From: Octopus sinensis
Taxonomy: Eukaryota
Assembly (NCBI RefSeq): GCF_006345805.1
Contig: NC_043011.1
Coordinates: 16,318,464 to 16,382,463, forward strand
Reading direction: 5' to 3'
Length of the DNA: 64,000 nt
Each line of letters begins with the position of its first letter. The stretch's first letter is position 1. The position numbers and the translations under genes are program-made. Shown here piece after piece: positions 52,001 to 64,000 of this stretch. The notes under the pieces are model-generated. The model searched no databases, was not told the DNA's origin, and saw only the letters and a list, made by a program, of their open reading frames with translations.

Positions 52001-52989
52001 AGCTTTGCTATATTTATAAAAAAGAATCACTGGTTTATACATAATTATTGGGATATATCTAAAAAAATATCGATCCCCCATAAGGAATTGTGTATTGGTT
52101 GTACAAGATTTCTAGAACCAGGTGATCTATTTACTTATATTCTTTCAAATTTTTCTTCGATTTAAATGTATTGCTTCGACATGTTACCGTCAATAGCTTG
52201 CGTCTGCAACTTGAGAAAGACTGGGCCCTTCTAATAGTTACACATGAAATTAAATGTGTGTGTCCAGTAACTAATTTATGAAACATTACACCATCAAATG
52301 AAGATGAAGAAGCTAAATCTGCATTTGTATTATTTTATGTAACTGTCTCTTTCATTCTTATTATTAATTATGAATAAAGGTATTGGGTAATTCACTTTAT
52401 TTTCGCCTTTTTTCGTCTGCTAGCTTCAGCTCAGAGGATGAGCGAAGTTTGTGAAAGTGAGAATAAAGCAAAGAGAAAGAAAATAGAAGATCGCTGTAAA
52501 TCAAATATGATTTCTCTCTTGCTTCTCACAAAACGTTCAATGTACATAATTGCCATTTAAATTCCATTGGAATTCGAGTTTATATTTAAATATGTAAAAA
52601 CAATTTTAACTTTAAAAAGAGGCATCATTCTAAATTTCAAGAAGGCTTTCAATATTGAAATGAAACGATTTTCTTAAATTTGCGTTTGCACAATGGAGCG
52701 TATTGTCCGTGAGTATTATGCAGGGACGGAAGTACAAATATTTTTCGGGGTAGCATTTGCATTGCCTCCACCCTCTTCACGCCCCTTCCCAAAAGAAAGA
52801 GAACAAAAATAACAGAAAAAGAACGATCATATAGGGTTCCTAAGTGATTTGAATGAACCATAGACCAACCAGTTTTATGATCCCAAGTTACGTAGCATCG
52901 ATTGCTCCAATAAGAGCAAAATAAAGGGTGTTGTGAATAAATTGTCAACTAAATTACGCAGAAATGAAAATAACGCTGACATATCATTT

Positions 52990-54100
52990 TAACAGTAAAT
53001 CTATTCAATAAAATTGCTATTGGGTTCAACAACAGCCGCCAGAAGACTTCGGAATCTCCTGAAACTCCTCCGGACAGTTTTCTCGTTTAAGTTGAGGGAT
53101 GCTGCCATAATCCTTACCTTCAGTTTATCTTTGGAGTAGCAAGGAGTTTTGTTTGTATCTTGTTCAAATGCGCCCCACACATACTAATCAAGGCGAGTTA
53201 GGTGGCCAGATGTTCGGAGTGATGTGGTAGCAGAAATTGTCTGACGACCATGATTGGTTTCTTCTGCTTGTGTGACATGGTGCAGAGTCCTATTGACAGA
53301 TATAGGGTCATCCAGCAGCCACCCTCTTGACTCAGGCCCGCACTACCTCCTTCAGGCTGTTGATATAGGCCTCCGTGTTGAGTCTGAGTTCGTGTGGAAA
53401 GATGAATGGAGAAATAACGTTGCTCTTACTAGTGATCACTCCAAACACCATGATGTTGACTGAATGTGTGATTTTTGTCACTCTTGGTACATGTTTTGGG
53501 GCACGGCAAACCAGCGGCTGTTCTGTGTGTTCACCATCATATCCTGGCAGAAATTTCTCAAAACATTTTCAGTTGGAGCCAACATTTTCAGTTGGAGGGG
53601 ACTCTTGAGTTTCTTCAAAAGCTTTGTAGCGCAGTCTTCCCTGTTGTCCTTGATGGCTTGGGATAAATATTGGCTCTTTCTCATCTTGTATGAGGAATAC
53701 CGAATGTCTTCATGTACTACCTGCCTGATAACAAACTCAGACACTTCCATGTCACTAGCGATGAACCTGATTGTCTTGGACGGATCGTTCCCAATCATGG
53801 CCTGGATCCCATCAACAAATTCAAGAGTTATTTTCTCATCAGAACGATCAGAGTGAGTTTTCCGAGCTGTCGTACACTGGTAATCACGATTAGCTCCCTC
53901 CAACTCTTTCTGAATCTTCTGCACCGTTCTCAGATTGACACCCAAACACTCTGAAATGCTTATATTGGAGCTTCCATCGCAAATGCCAAGCATTACATGT
54001 CGTTTTCAAATTTCTGGCAGAGGGAATAGCGTCAGGGTGGTTTTTCTCGCAGATGGTGCCCCACTGATCCTATTATGTTGTGAAGTGGACAAAATGGAAA
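52990..54100 (-). mobile_element. Decayed Tc1/mariner transposase, maT (DD37D)-type
   Basis: HTH region (LGVNLRTVQKI, SKTIRFIASDM, VVHEDI.YSSYK), IMVFGVI, DSAPCH and WPPNSP. There are 32 residues from the second D to NSP; restoring the deleted DLNPL would give D37D. Confidence 0.88.
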
Positions 54101-54703
54101 ACAAACAATGCCCACGCGTGAAATTAGAAATATGAAATGGTGACGATTTACACATCGCAAGCTATATATATTAATACAGACCCTTTCACACATACACATA
54201 TGTATGTACACGGTAAGTATATGTGTGTGGCTTTTAAAGTTCGATTTTTTATTGAGACGTAATTAAATATTTTTTTTACGTATCTAGCATCGTATTGAAA
54301 TCATTGGGTTAATTTGTATCAGTAAATAACCTTTCAGCAATATTCTGGATTTTTTCTTAACCATTATCTGTACATTAATAATCTGAAGTTTAATACATGG
54401 TACAATGTTCGGTAAAGACAAAAAGAGATTGAAGTTTAAAAAGAACTAAAGGGCAATGATGACAATAATTTGGATGAATCTGTTAAAATATCTAAGTTTA
54501 TCTGAGTTTTGTTAACGTATGAGTGAGTGACTTGCTGCGAGTGACTAACTGTATAGGAATGAAATATGAAGGCGTGACAGACAACGTCTCTGTGACTATC
54601 TGTATTTACATAGATGCGTTCATTCATGCGTACATACATAAATATGTGTTTTCAACATTTATAACATGCACAAATATATATATATATATAAGTACCTGTA
54701 TAT

Positions 54704-54734
<31 letters not shown>

Positions 54735-55181
54735 AATATATATATATGTATATACATACATTCATATATGTATGTGTGTGTGTGTGTGTATGCATACATA
54801 TGGTCTCTGTGTGAGGTAGGAATGCTTGTACCTCTAAGCTAAATATTGGCATCGGAGCCCACACAAAGGATTTGGGTAATGTTCCCGAAGTAATATTTAG
54901 TTTCTATGAAAAACATATAATGCCTCTTAATTAGATTCTTTTACCTCCATAGCTGTCGTAGAGGACAGAGTTTACGTGACATGACACACATTTGTGTCTG
55001 CTCAGTGTTGCCATTATAAAGGCCGATGCAGTAGGTATTTTATCGACTAAGATCTAGCCAGAAGGCCAATAACCATTCACATTTACATATCTCTTTCTAA
55101 ATTTGTATCCTTTCTCTCTGCACACCGTGAACAGAAATGAAATATACGCTAGCATTTTTCTGCATACACATGTTGTATGTG

Positions 55182-55233
<52 letters not shown>

Positions 55234-55879
55234 CATATATACATATATATGCATGTATACATATATGTTTGCGTATATTTGCGTGCGTGTATGCAAGTGT
55301 AGATGCTGCTTTACATTCAGTAAAATAAGTGCCTTTTCACACGACTAGACATATAGAAAAATTAATTTGGAAATGTACTTCGAAGCTTTAAGAAGATTTA
55401 TTTATATTAATTTATATTATTTACATTAACTGACACTAATATTTTCGCAAGCTTATAATTTGTGAAAGTAGGTAAGGGAACTATGCCGTAGATGTCTCGC
55501 GCCCGACCAGTGTTTCATTAATCGATATATATTTTAATATAGTTACCAGAAAGTATGTCACAAATTGTTATCATTTAAAATAAGGTTGATTTGTTGAAGT
55601 TGCTAATTCTTCAGGATGTAGGTGTATTAGGATCGTGTGACCGGATGAACGATAATTGAGCTAAAACTTAAGATGTTGGTCAACTTATTGCAGCATTGCA
55701 CATTACGTACAGCAATAGTATGTGACGTCTGTGAAGATATAGCGGATAGCTTGCTAAAATTCGCAACTGTGTAAATCCAGTGATCGTATCACCAGCAGAC
55801 ATGTCTTCAGACATGTTGAACATAGAGAAAATTGCACAGGCTGTTAGTTCACTAGCCATCTCACTATAATCAGTTATAT

Positions 55880-56230
55880 AAAGTAGATCGACTTAATACT
55901 TTTTTGAGGAATGCTTTCGGCATAGGCGGCCAGACTGCTGGTTAGCTGTGACGTTTCGTCCGTAGACGAGGTTGCTACGTTGATTAATAGGCTTAATGCA
56001 GCTGGTGTCTGTGACATCTGTGGTACCCATAGTGTAATATCAAAGAAAAGTGGGCTTCTTGAAACCTCGGTATTGTGGCAGATCATCTGGTCAATTAGCA
56101 GCCAGGACTGCTAGAATGGCATAACTATCCCTCTCTGCAGAGGTGAATGTGACCGGCGTGACTGCAACAACCATTGAGCTGTTCTGTTACACCCCTCTCA
56201 GTGACGGGAAACCATTTGTCAAGGCTATAG
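55880..56230 (+). mobile_element. RTE-type LINE RT N-terminal fragment
   Basis: ITIPLCRGECDRRDCNNH...SVTGKPF matches the I.PLYKGKGDR.DC.NYRGISLLSV.GK motif. Confidence 0.65.
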
Positions 56231-56339
56231 TAAAAAGAGTGTAAAATCATATACTTGCTTCTCAAGTATAAAATAACGGACGGGAGATGTCATTTCTAGC
56301 TGAAAGTAAATCATTAAATAATCAAATAAATTATCAGGT

Positions 56340-56460
56340 ATTGGAGCAGGCGCCATTGCAGCATATCCTTGCATCCACAGGGTAGTGTCGAGCCACCCAT
56401 GCACGCAGTGTCAGCAGGCCCTCATCTCTGTAATGTGCCATCGGTCGACTTAGCTATTCA
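56340..56460 (-). mobile_element. Short RTE-type LINE 3' fragment
   Basis: RAWVARHYP..R resembles RTE C-termini; GC-rich island. Confidence 0.4.
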
Positions 56461-56503
56461 CCAAAAATTTCAGGCCTATTTTTTACTGCATTTCTAGGAT
56501 ATA

Positions 56504-57385
56504 CCTGGTCTGATCAATAAGTATCCGGACTATTGTCATAATAACGAATCTAAAGCACGCAGTGTAGAGCCGCTTGCCACAGATTTACCTTGAACTCTTC
56601 TGTGCATGCGCATTAGGTTTCAATTTAAGTTCAATTTCATGGTTTACAGCAGTGCTTGGAATGAAGGTGTGTAGAGTGTGATCGTCGCATTAACCATGAC
56701 AGAGTGAGTTGAGTAGAGAATCTGCATCAAATTTTGCCAAAAGCTTGGTGATACCTGCCTAGACGCTTACACAAAGTTTTAAGAGGTTTTCGCCATTATT
56801 GACACAATCAAGGAGATCTTGTGCATCTGAAACTCAAATGTCTTTCCGTTTAGTTGAAAGCAGTTTTGGCACAAATTGGGTAGTCACGCGTTTCGTACCC
56901 ACATCTTCAGTGATGATGGACTGAACTAAACTGTAACTAATCTGCACATCCTCTGATAACTCACAGACGGTGATTCGACGATTTCGCCTCACAGCTCCAC
57001 GCACATATGCGATGTCTTTCTCAGTTTTACTAGTTGCAGGTCTCCCAGAACGTCCAACAATATCGACATTTTTTCAGTAATCTTGGAAACGCCTGAACCA
57101 CTCATGCAGTTGTGTGCGGCCCATGCACTCTTCTCCATACGTTTTCTGCAAATTTGCTTAGGCCTCTGAGCAGGTATCACCATGACAACAGTCTCTGTAA
57201 TGGCAATGCGACGATCACACGATACGCACCTTCCTTCGAAGTACTGGTGTAAACGCATAAGTGAGTTAGGACGTTAAAACTTAGTGCGCATACACGTTTA
57301 AGTGTGCTTTTTCCAAGCAGCTTAACTCAGCGTGTTTTAGCTTCGTTACTATGGCAACAGTCCTGATATTTATTGATCCGAATCG
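56504..57385. mobile_element. Mariner derivative made of two 5' halves joined in inverted orientation
   Basis: TIRs GATCAATAA.TATC.GGACT.TTG.CATA at both ends with TA outside each. The plus strand reads ICIKFCQKLGDTC to about 56790. The minus strand reads YGEECMGRTQLHEWFRRF..RSGRPATS..RRITV..FVPKLL from the right end. Confidence 0.88.
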
Positions 57386-57501
57386 TACGCTATTAATCAT
57401 TGATGTATAAAATTTACTAGCTATTTTTGCACTTCAGTTGTCTATTCATATACCAAACATTATTCCTGAATGCTTATAACTTGCATATGCTTTAAACATA
57501 G

Positions 57502-57640
<139 letters not shown>

Positions 57641-57653
57641 ATGTATATATATA

Positions 57654-57697
<44 letters not shown>

Positions 57698-58365
57698 TGT
57701 ATATGGGGAGATAGCTATATGTACACATACATACACACACACACATATATATATACATGTATCTCTCTTTCTCTTTCTCCCATGTCTCTCTCTCTCTCTT
57801 TCAATATACACTCACCCACGCACATATGGATATATAAAGTCAAACAATTCTGCTGACAGTTTCCTACATTTAATCATTTTCCCACTATGAAATATTCGAG
57901 GTCAGATCTCACACGTCAATGAACTAGAAATTTACTATTAATATCTATTCATATACCTTGCGGATTGATACCATCTCTTTCAAAACAATCAAGAACTGAA
58001 GGAATTCTCTTTGTAGTGCGCTGTGATTGTTTTAAAGCCGAATAAATATATGCTTCAAACATACTTATCAATCTAATCTTCATTTACAATGTTAATTTAC
58101 TGTATCGATTCATAGTTGACTCCAGGCAAATATCATCAAGCTGTCTTCTTAAGTAGTCAAGAAGGTACAAACGAATTATGATCCATATTTTAAGACTTAA
58201 AAGTTTTAAAACTCTCTCTCTCTCTCTCTTTCTCTCCTTCCTTTTCTTTTCCTCTCTCTCGTTGTCCTCTCTCTCTCTCTCTCTCTTCATAGACACATAA
58301 AGTATATATGCATATATATATAAATATATAGATACAAACACATACGTATATATAAACATAAGGAT

Positions 58366-58426
<61 letters not shown>

Positions 58427-58879
58427 GTATATATATATGTATATACATACACATATGTGTATATGTGTGTGTGTTATGCATTCGTGTGTATGTAAAACAT
58501 AAGGTTTGTATATGTATATACAAATACACTGACACTAATATGCAATCAACTATTCTGCTCTTCTTGGAATCCCACATACTCCCTCTTTCTAGTTTCCTTA
58601 TAATTTTCTTAAACTTAAAACATTTCAAACTCAAACACATTAATTCCCATCCAACCCAGGCTATCAATCCTATCACCTTTTCTTTCATTTTCTCTCTTGT
58701 GCCAGCACCCACTGTCCCACATACACACTTTCCTTGCATAAACACATCTACTAAACACGCAAAGACGCAAATACCCCTATTCACCTGCTCCTTTTCCTAT
58801 TTTAACTCTCCCTATAAATGCCTTTCAACTCCCTCTCTCTCATTATGTATGTGTGTGTGTATATATATATATATATGCA

Positions 58880-60560
58880 TTCTTTTCTTTATCCACCTAT
58901 TTTCTGTTTTAATCATTCTAAAGTCATCCATGAATAACAAGTGGTTGACTATTTGTTGGTGGCTTTTGAATACATACCCAACATTTGCTTTCCTCAGAAT
59001 CAGTCGCAGTGTCATCATGCACAGTACAAAGATTAGTGGGGACAGGCAATCCCCTTGGAAGATAATTCTCTTGATTTCTAGTGTCCTTAAATTTCTTCAA
59101 TATGCTGCCGGTTCTGTTCTCCAATTCGTCCTACGTTTATCAAGCAATCACTCAAATTTCGATGCAGTACCATGTAAGCTCATCCATTCCATAATCCAAG
59201 GATGTGGGATTATGTCGTATGCTTTACTATAATTGATCCATGACATGGCTAAGTTAGTTTTCCTCTTTTTGCATTCTCTAAGTACAGATTTGTCTACCAG
59301 GAGTTGATCCTTGGTATTTCTGCACTTACGTTTGCAACCCTTCTGCTCATGTGGTAGGACTCCAGATGTCCATACATTGACTTTCCGTCTATTCCAGTCA
59401 ATAATTTCCTCATAAGTGGCAAGCAGCATATCGGCCTGTAATTGTCTATCGTATTGCCTTTTTCGATGCTTTTCAAGAACAGCACTGCCCTACCCACTTT
59501 CAACCACTTTGGTGTTACTGGTCGGAGTTTCACAGAGGTGTTGAGTTGTGCTGCTGTTCGTGCATGACGTTCACCAAATCTTTTGATCCATTAGCCTGGT
59601 TCCGGAGCCTTCCAGTTGCCCATTTTTTTTGCTCATTTCGTTCACTTCCATAACTGAAATGACTAGTTCTGCCTGTTGTGGGCAAACAACTGTTTGTTTC
59701 AGTTCTTTCAACAATTCAGCATTCATGTTGTGCTCCTTTTCTTTGCTCCAGATGCACTCCAAAACGTTTAGCTTTCAATGTTATCTGGTATCAACTTTTC
59801 ATTTGTACACTCCATTTATTTCGTTGTAGAATCTCTTCTGATCTCCTCTCAATAAACTATTCTGCTGGTATCCCTTCATTCTTTGGTCGTATCGTACTAT
59901 CATTGCTTTCTTTGCAACTGTTCCAATTCTTGCATTACCATTTTCAGGCCCTTTCTTTCATTATCATGCGTCCTCTTTAGTTTCCTGTATTCATGTTTGC
60001 TTTTAAGCGCACCCTTCTCTTATCGGTCTATCACAGAAATGTCCTTGAAGAGCCTGTATTCTTCTTTTCCAACATGGGTCTTTTCCTTGTCACTCCCATT
60101 ATATTTCTTTTTCTCGACATCAACACTCACATTTTACGCTAGAACAATACTCGCTAACTTGATCAAATTGTTTGTTTCTGTGATGTTCTTTGTTCCGACG
60201 TTTTTCAGAATTTCATTCTCATTTTTCGTTTCTCGGTTCAACCTTTTTAAGGTTGCCAGTAATGTCGCTATCGTTCTCGTGCAGCCTTGCCTTTACTTTG
60301 TCGTAGATTACCTATTGCCCATCTGTCATGTCACCCTTAGTTTTATCTTCTTCCAAACCATGTATGTTTCTCTCATCGAGCAAGCTATCACTGTTTCCTT
60401 TCTGTCGGTTTTTAGAGATTTCTCCTCTATTTTCTGCTATGAGATTACTTTTATCAGTAGAAACTGTATTTTCATATTTTTCTCTCCTGCTGTTTTCCAA
60501 TACCCGTCTTTTGGTAGCTTCGATCTCTATTTCTGTGAACCAACGAATGTTTCTTCTTCT
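58880..60560 (-). mobile_element. R4/Dong-like RLE LINE, 5' half with RT up to the FMDD motif
   Basis: [55 protein letters not shown] region, VNHLLFMDDFR; frameshifted. Confidence 0.9.
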
Positions 60561-60565
60561 TCTTC

Positions 60566-60607
60566 TTATTATTATTATTAATATTATATTATTATTATTA
60601 TTATTAA

Positions 60608-60639
<32 letters not shown>

Positions 60640-60865
60640 TATTATTATTATTATTATTATTAATATTATTATTATTATTATTAATATTATTATTATTATT
60701 AATATTATTATTATTATTATTAATATTATCATTATTATTATCATCATCATCTTTATTATTATCATTGTTATTGTTATTATTATTTCCATTATTGCTATGA
60801 TTGTTGTTATTGTTATTCATATTGTTGTTATTATTACTATTATACTTATTATTATTATTCATGTT
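60566..60865. repeat. (ATT)n/(TAA)n microsatellite abutting the R4/Dong 5' end
   Basis: Directly visible. Confidence 0.97.
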
Positions 60866-63800
60866 TTTGTTATGCTCATTTTTATTATTATAAATACTTA
60901 TTGTTTACAAATTATACTTTGAATTTTTAAGTTTTGTTCACATTCATTCATTGGTAGGTTTAGTTTAAAAAATACATACGTATTTACATATTTATAGTTA
61001 TATAGATACACATACAGGTCTGCATGCATACACGCATGCATACATAAGTATGTTACTTGGTTCAATGCTCGAATCATTATTGTATTTGACATCAAAGTAT
61101 GGTCATTTAGCTAAATATTGTTTCCACTTATATTAATGGTAAAAATAAGATGCTTTCTATTATTTTCCATAATGGCTAGACAACTGTTTTCCCCCGGACA
61201 TGATTCCTATAAACAAAAATCACTAAAGATATTTTATTTCTTGAAATTTTTTTTTGAAAATGAATACTAATTCAGAATTGTTTGTTTTTCTGTAAATCGT
61301 TTTCAAATTTGTTTGAGGTAGAAATTTGTTGCATTAAATTCAAATTATAATGTTTTATTTGTAATTCGAATTTTAAACTCTTCATTTCATTTTACTTTTT
61401 TCTCTTTATGTCACCTGTGAGATACTAATAATTAAATATTATGAAGTTCTGATGTTTTGAAGAGGAAGTAATCCTTTTTAAAAAATCACAAAAGTGTGTT
61501 TCTTCTGAAATTCCACCATTCAGTTGTTACCAACGCCCAAATATTTGATACCGATTCCTTAGCTCCAGCAATAGGCTGTGCGCCTGATATCACCAGTATG
61601 CAGTATTAAATATGACATTTTTGAAGGTGTAACTTTATTTACACTTTGCAGAGAAATAAGTTCTTTCTGTTGTAATTTAAGATGAGTGACAAAACTGTCC
61701 CGGTCTCTGGAGTTACAATTTCTCCTTAAAATATTAATATTATAGTGGGAACTCTAAATATGATACACGACGTCTATATTCTTACATTTTTGCAAGTGAA
61801 TTTGCAGCCAAATTGTACACACTTGTTTCTCGTTGTAGTGGTGAATGCAGTGTCTTAGCTAAAAATTGATAAATTGCCGAAATATTTTAACTTGTGATTT
61901 AAGTAGGTTGCGTAAAAAGAAAATCCTAAACCAAAGCCTGTAAGACAATTACCTTTCTCAGAATACTCGAAGAGTGTTCCAATGTGCTTTTTCTGTTGCG
62001 TAAATAAATATTGTTTTGTAGTCTTGAATTTGATCATAGACTTAGTTGCTAGCAGAACATTATTTAGCTTTGTAATCGCTGTTGGGTTTTTGCGCTATCA
62101 CTGGCTCCACTGTGTTGATTCGAAAATTGTTTGGCCGTGATGAGACCCAAGTTTCTGGAAATCGGAAAAGCAGATGCAAACAGTTCATATGTCACGCCTT
62201 TGAAATACTCAAAAATGTTCCAGCTATGTCAAATACTTACGCGAAAGGAAGTTAGTATTCACTGTACATGTGGAGAATGGAATTTACTAAAGCTTTAGAC
62301 GCATTTTTGCCGGAACGGTACGTAGGATGCAAACCTGGGGCAGCTAATACTATTTATTCATCCAAAGCAGTATGAAGAGGAATTATGGTAAACTACGTGG
62401 ATTATAAAATTGGAAATCAAGGCTACAAAGGATACTCTCGCATTGGTCGTTTTACGGCCAACCTGAAACACACTGGTGAATTGTTGTGGCCCGAATCTTA
62501 TAATATAGAAACCTCTACTTGAGACCTTTACAATTTTACCAATAGAAAATCACTCGTCTATGACCTTGGTCATCAACACTCAGGTCATGATTAAAAGTGC
62601 GAATTCGTTTAAACATATGCTTGGATAAGAGTAAGTGCTAGGAAAATGGTCTACCAGCCATCTTTAAACACATAAACAGGTATAATGATTATATACCATG
62701 ACCAAATCATTTAATCGACATTGGGAAAAGGCAGTATCCACTGTGCTTAGATTTGAAAAATTGGGCATTTTGCTGAAGTTGTATATTTTATGTTGTTGAT
62801 CTCCTCGAATATGGGGGTTTCAAAACACGGAACACGCTAGATTTTCTCTGAAGGAATTAAATGTAACCAGATATCCTATTCTGCGCGCTTTGAAGAATCC
62901 GTGGGGAATTCAAAACGGATATATCAATATTTAACAGAATCTCAAACATATTTTCGAAGACTCAAAAATACATGAATGTAACCATGATGCAATGAATATA
63001 TATGTATATATATATATATATATATATAAAACAAACCATTAAAGTGAGAAGGTCGTTTGGGAAAATGTGTTGTTTTCAACAAAACCACTAAAAAATTACA
63101 AATCCCTAGCTACGATTTATTTTGATGTTCTTTTACTATTGGCATTGCTGTTGTTTGTTGGAAAACAACGTGAACATTCAAATGACATAGCTGCACATTA
63201 TGGATCAAGAGCGAAAGGTTTGTGTGATGATATCATCTCCACTACTTATAAGCGCAAACACTTTGTTACAAAGAACTTTTAAGATGAAAGAAATAGTAGT
63301 GCACATTTGAGACGAACTGAGAAGTTTATTATAGACGTTCTGAATCAAATCTAAGAGTGCATGGTAATGAAATTACGTTAGAGAATTGATCCATGTGATA
63401 AGATTGCGAAAACATCCAAGTGTCTCTCAGAATTGGTGCCAATATTAAACAAATCATGTTTCAAAGGTGATATTGACCACAAATTAGCAAATGAGTGTTA
63501 TCAGTTGAGATAATATTTGCGACTTAGTAAATCCCAGAATGCAGAATGAAACGCATCAACGAAAGTGCAATGCAACAGCATTCTTCAAATTAAACACATA
63601 ATTCAAATTTTCCTAAATATTACTAGTGCACTTAAGCTGTATATAAACCTAGAACGAGCTTTGAAACGTAAAGTGATTTCTCAAAGCTACCATTTATACA
63701 GAATCAATTTCCATCTGAACTAACTGGGAGCGATTAAATTCCATTTCCAGCTTGTCTTTAGAAAATGGTGTTGAAAGGTTCTTATATGACAAAACTTTTA

Positions 63801-64000
63801 CGTACAATTATAGCTAGAAAATCAGAAAAAGAATTGTTTTGAAAATATACATCACAAACTATTTCAAACTCTGGTCTTTGTTATATTTTCTGTCATTAGA
63901 CTGCAATGCTGCAAACACGTATATAGATACTCCCCAATTCTTACACTGGGGTAGATAAAATTTGTTATCCACTGTTATTATCCGGTAGAGAGGGTCTCAT

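Noticed and set aside
58465-59232. Plus-strand 255-aa ORF (and 59883-60581, 232 aa)
   Set aside because: Antisense shadows of the R4/Dong element plus microsatellite.
62060-62520. GC-richer unique segment as possible receptor exon(s)
   Set aside because: Only short ORFs with vague resemblance; no motif I can defend.
62820-62920. Tc1-like NPWG motif
   Set aside because: Single short motif with no supporting DDE context.

Overview
This is AT-rich, repeat-dense animal genomic DNA. The microsatellite load and SINE families look most like octopus/cephalopod intergenic or intronic sequence (inference from recognised repeats, not a database match). I found no intact host gene, rRNA, functional tRNA or CRISPR array, and most supplied ORFs are microsatellite artefacts. 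The window is a graveyard of decayed mobile elements: RTE, CR1-like and R4/Dong-type LINEs, several tRNA-derived SINEs, two Helitron fragments, maT and mariner DNA transposons, a MITE with TTAGGG repeats, and one Penelope-like element (PLE) with a GIY-YIG domain. The most striking pattern is about a dozen short fold-back (palindromic) inserts, most sitting in or next to (TA)n tracts, plus about ten minimal type I hammerhead-ribozyme motifs. In three hairpins the turn-around point falls on the hammerhead stem III/cleavage site or a stem III-like palindrome. One tRNA-headed SINE carries a hammerhead in its tail and is inserted as an inverted pair, which suggests a PLE-mobilised, ribozyme-processed non-autonomous system. 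All folds and alignments were done by eye, and coordinates of decayed elements are approximate.
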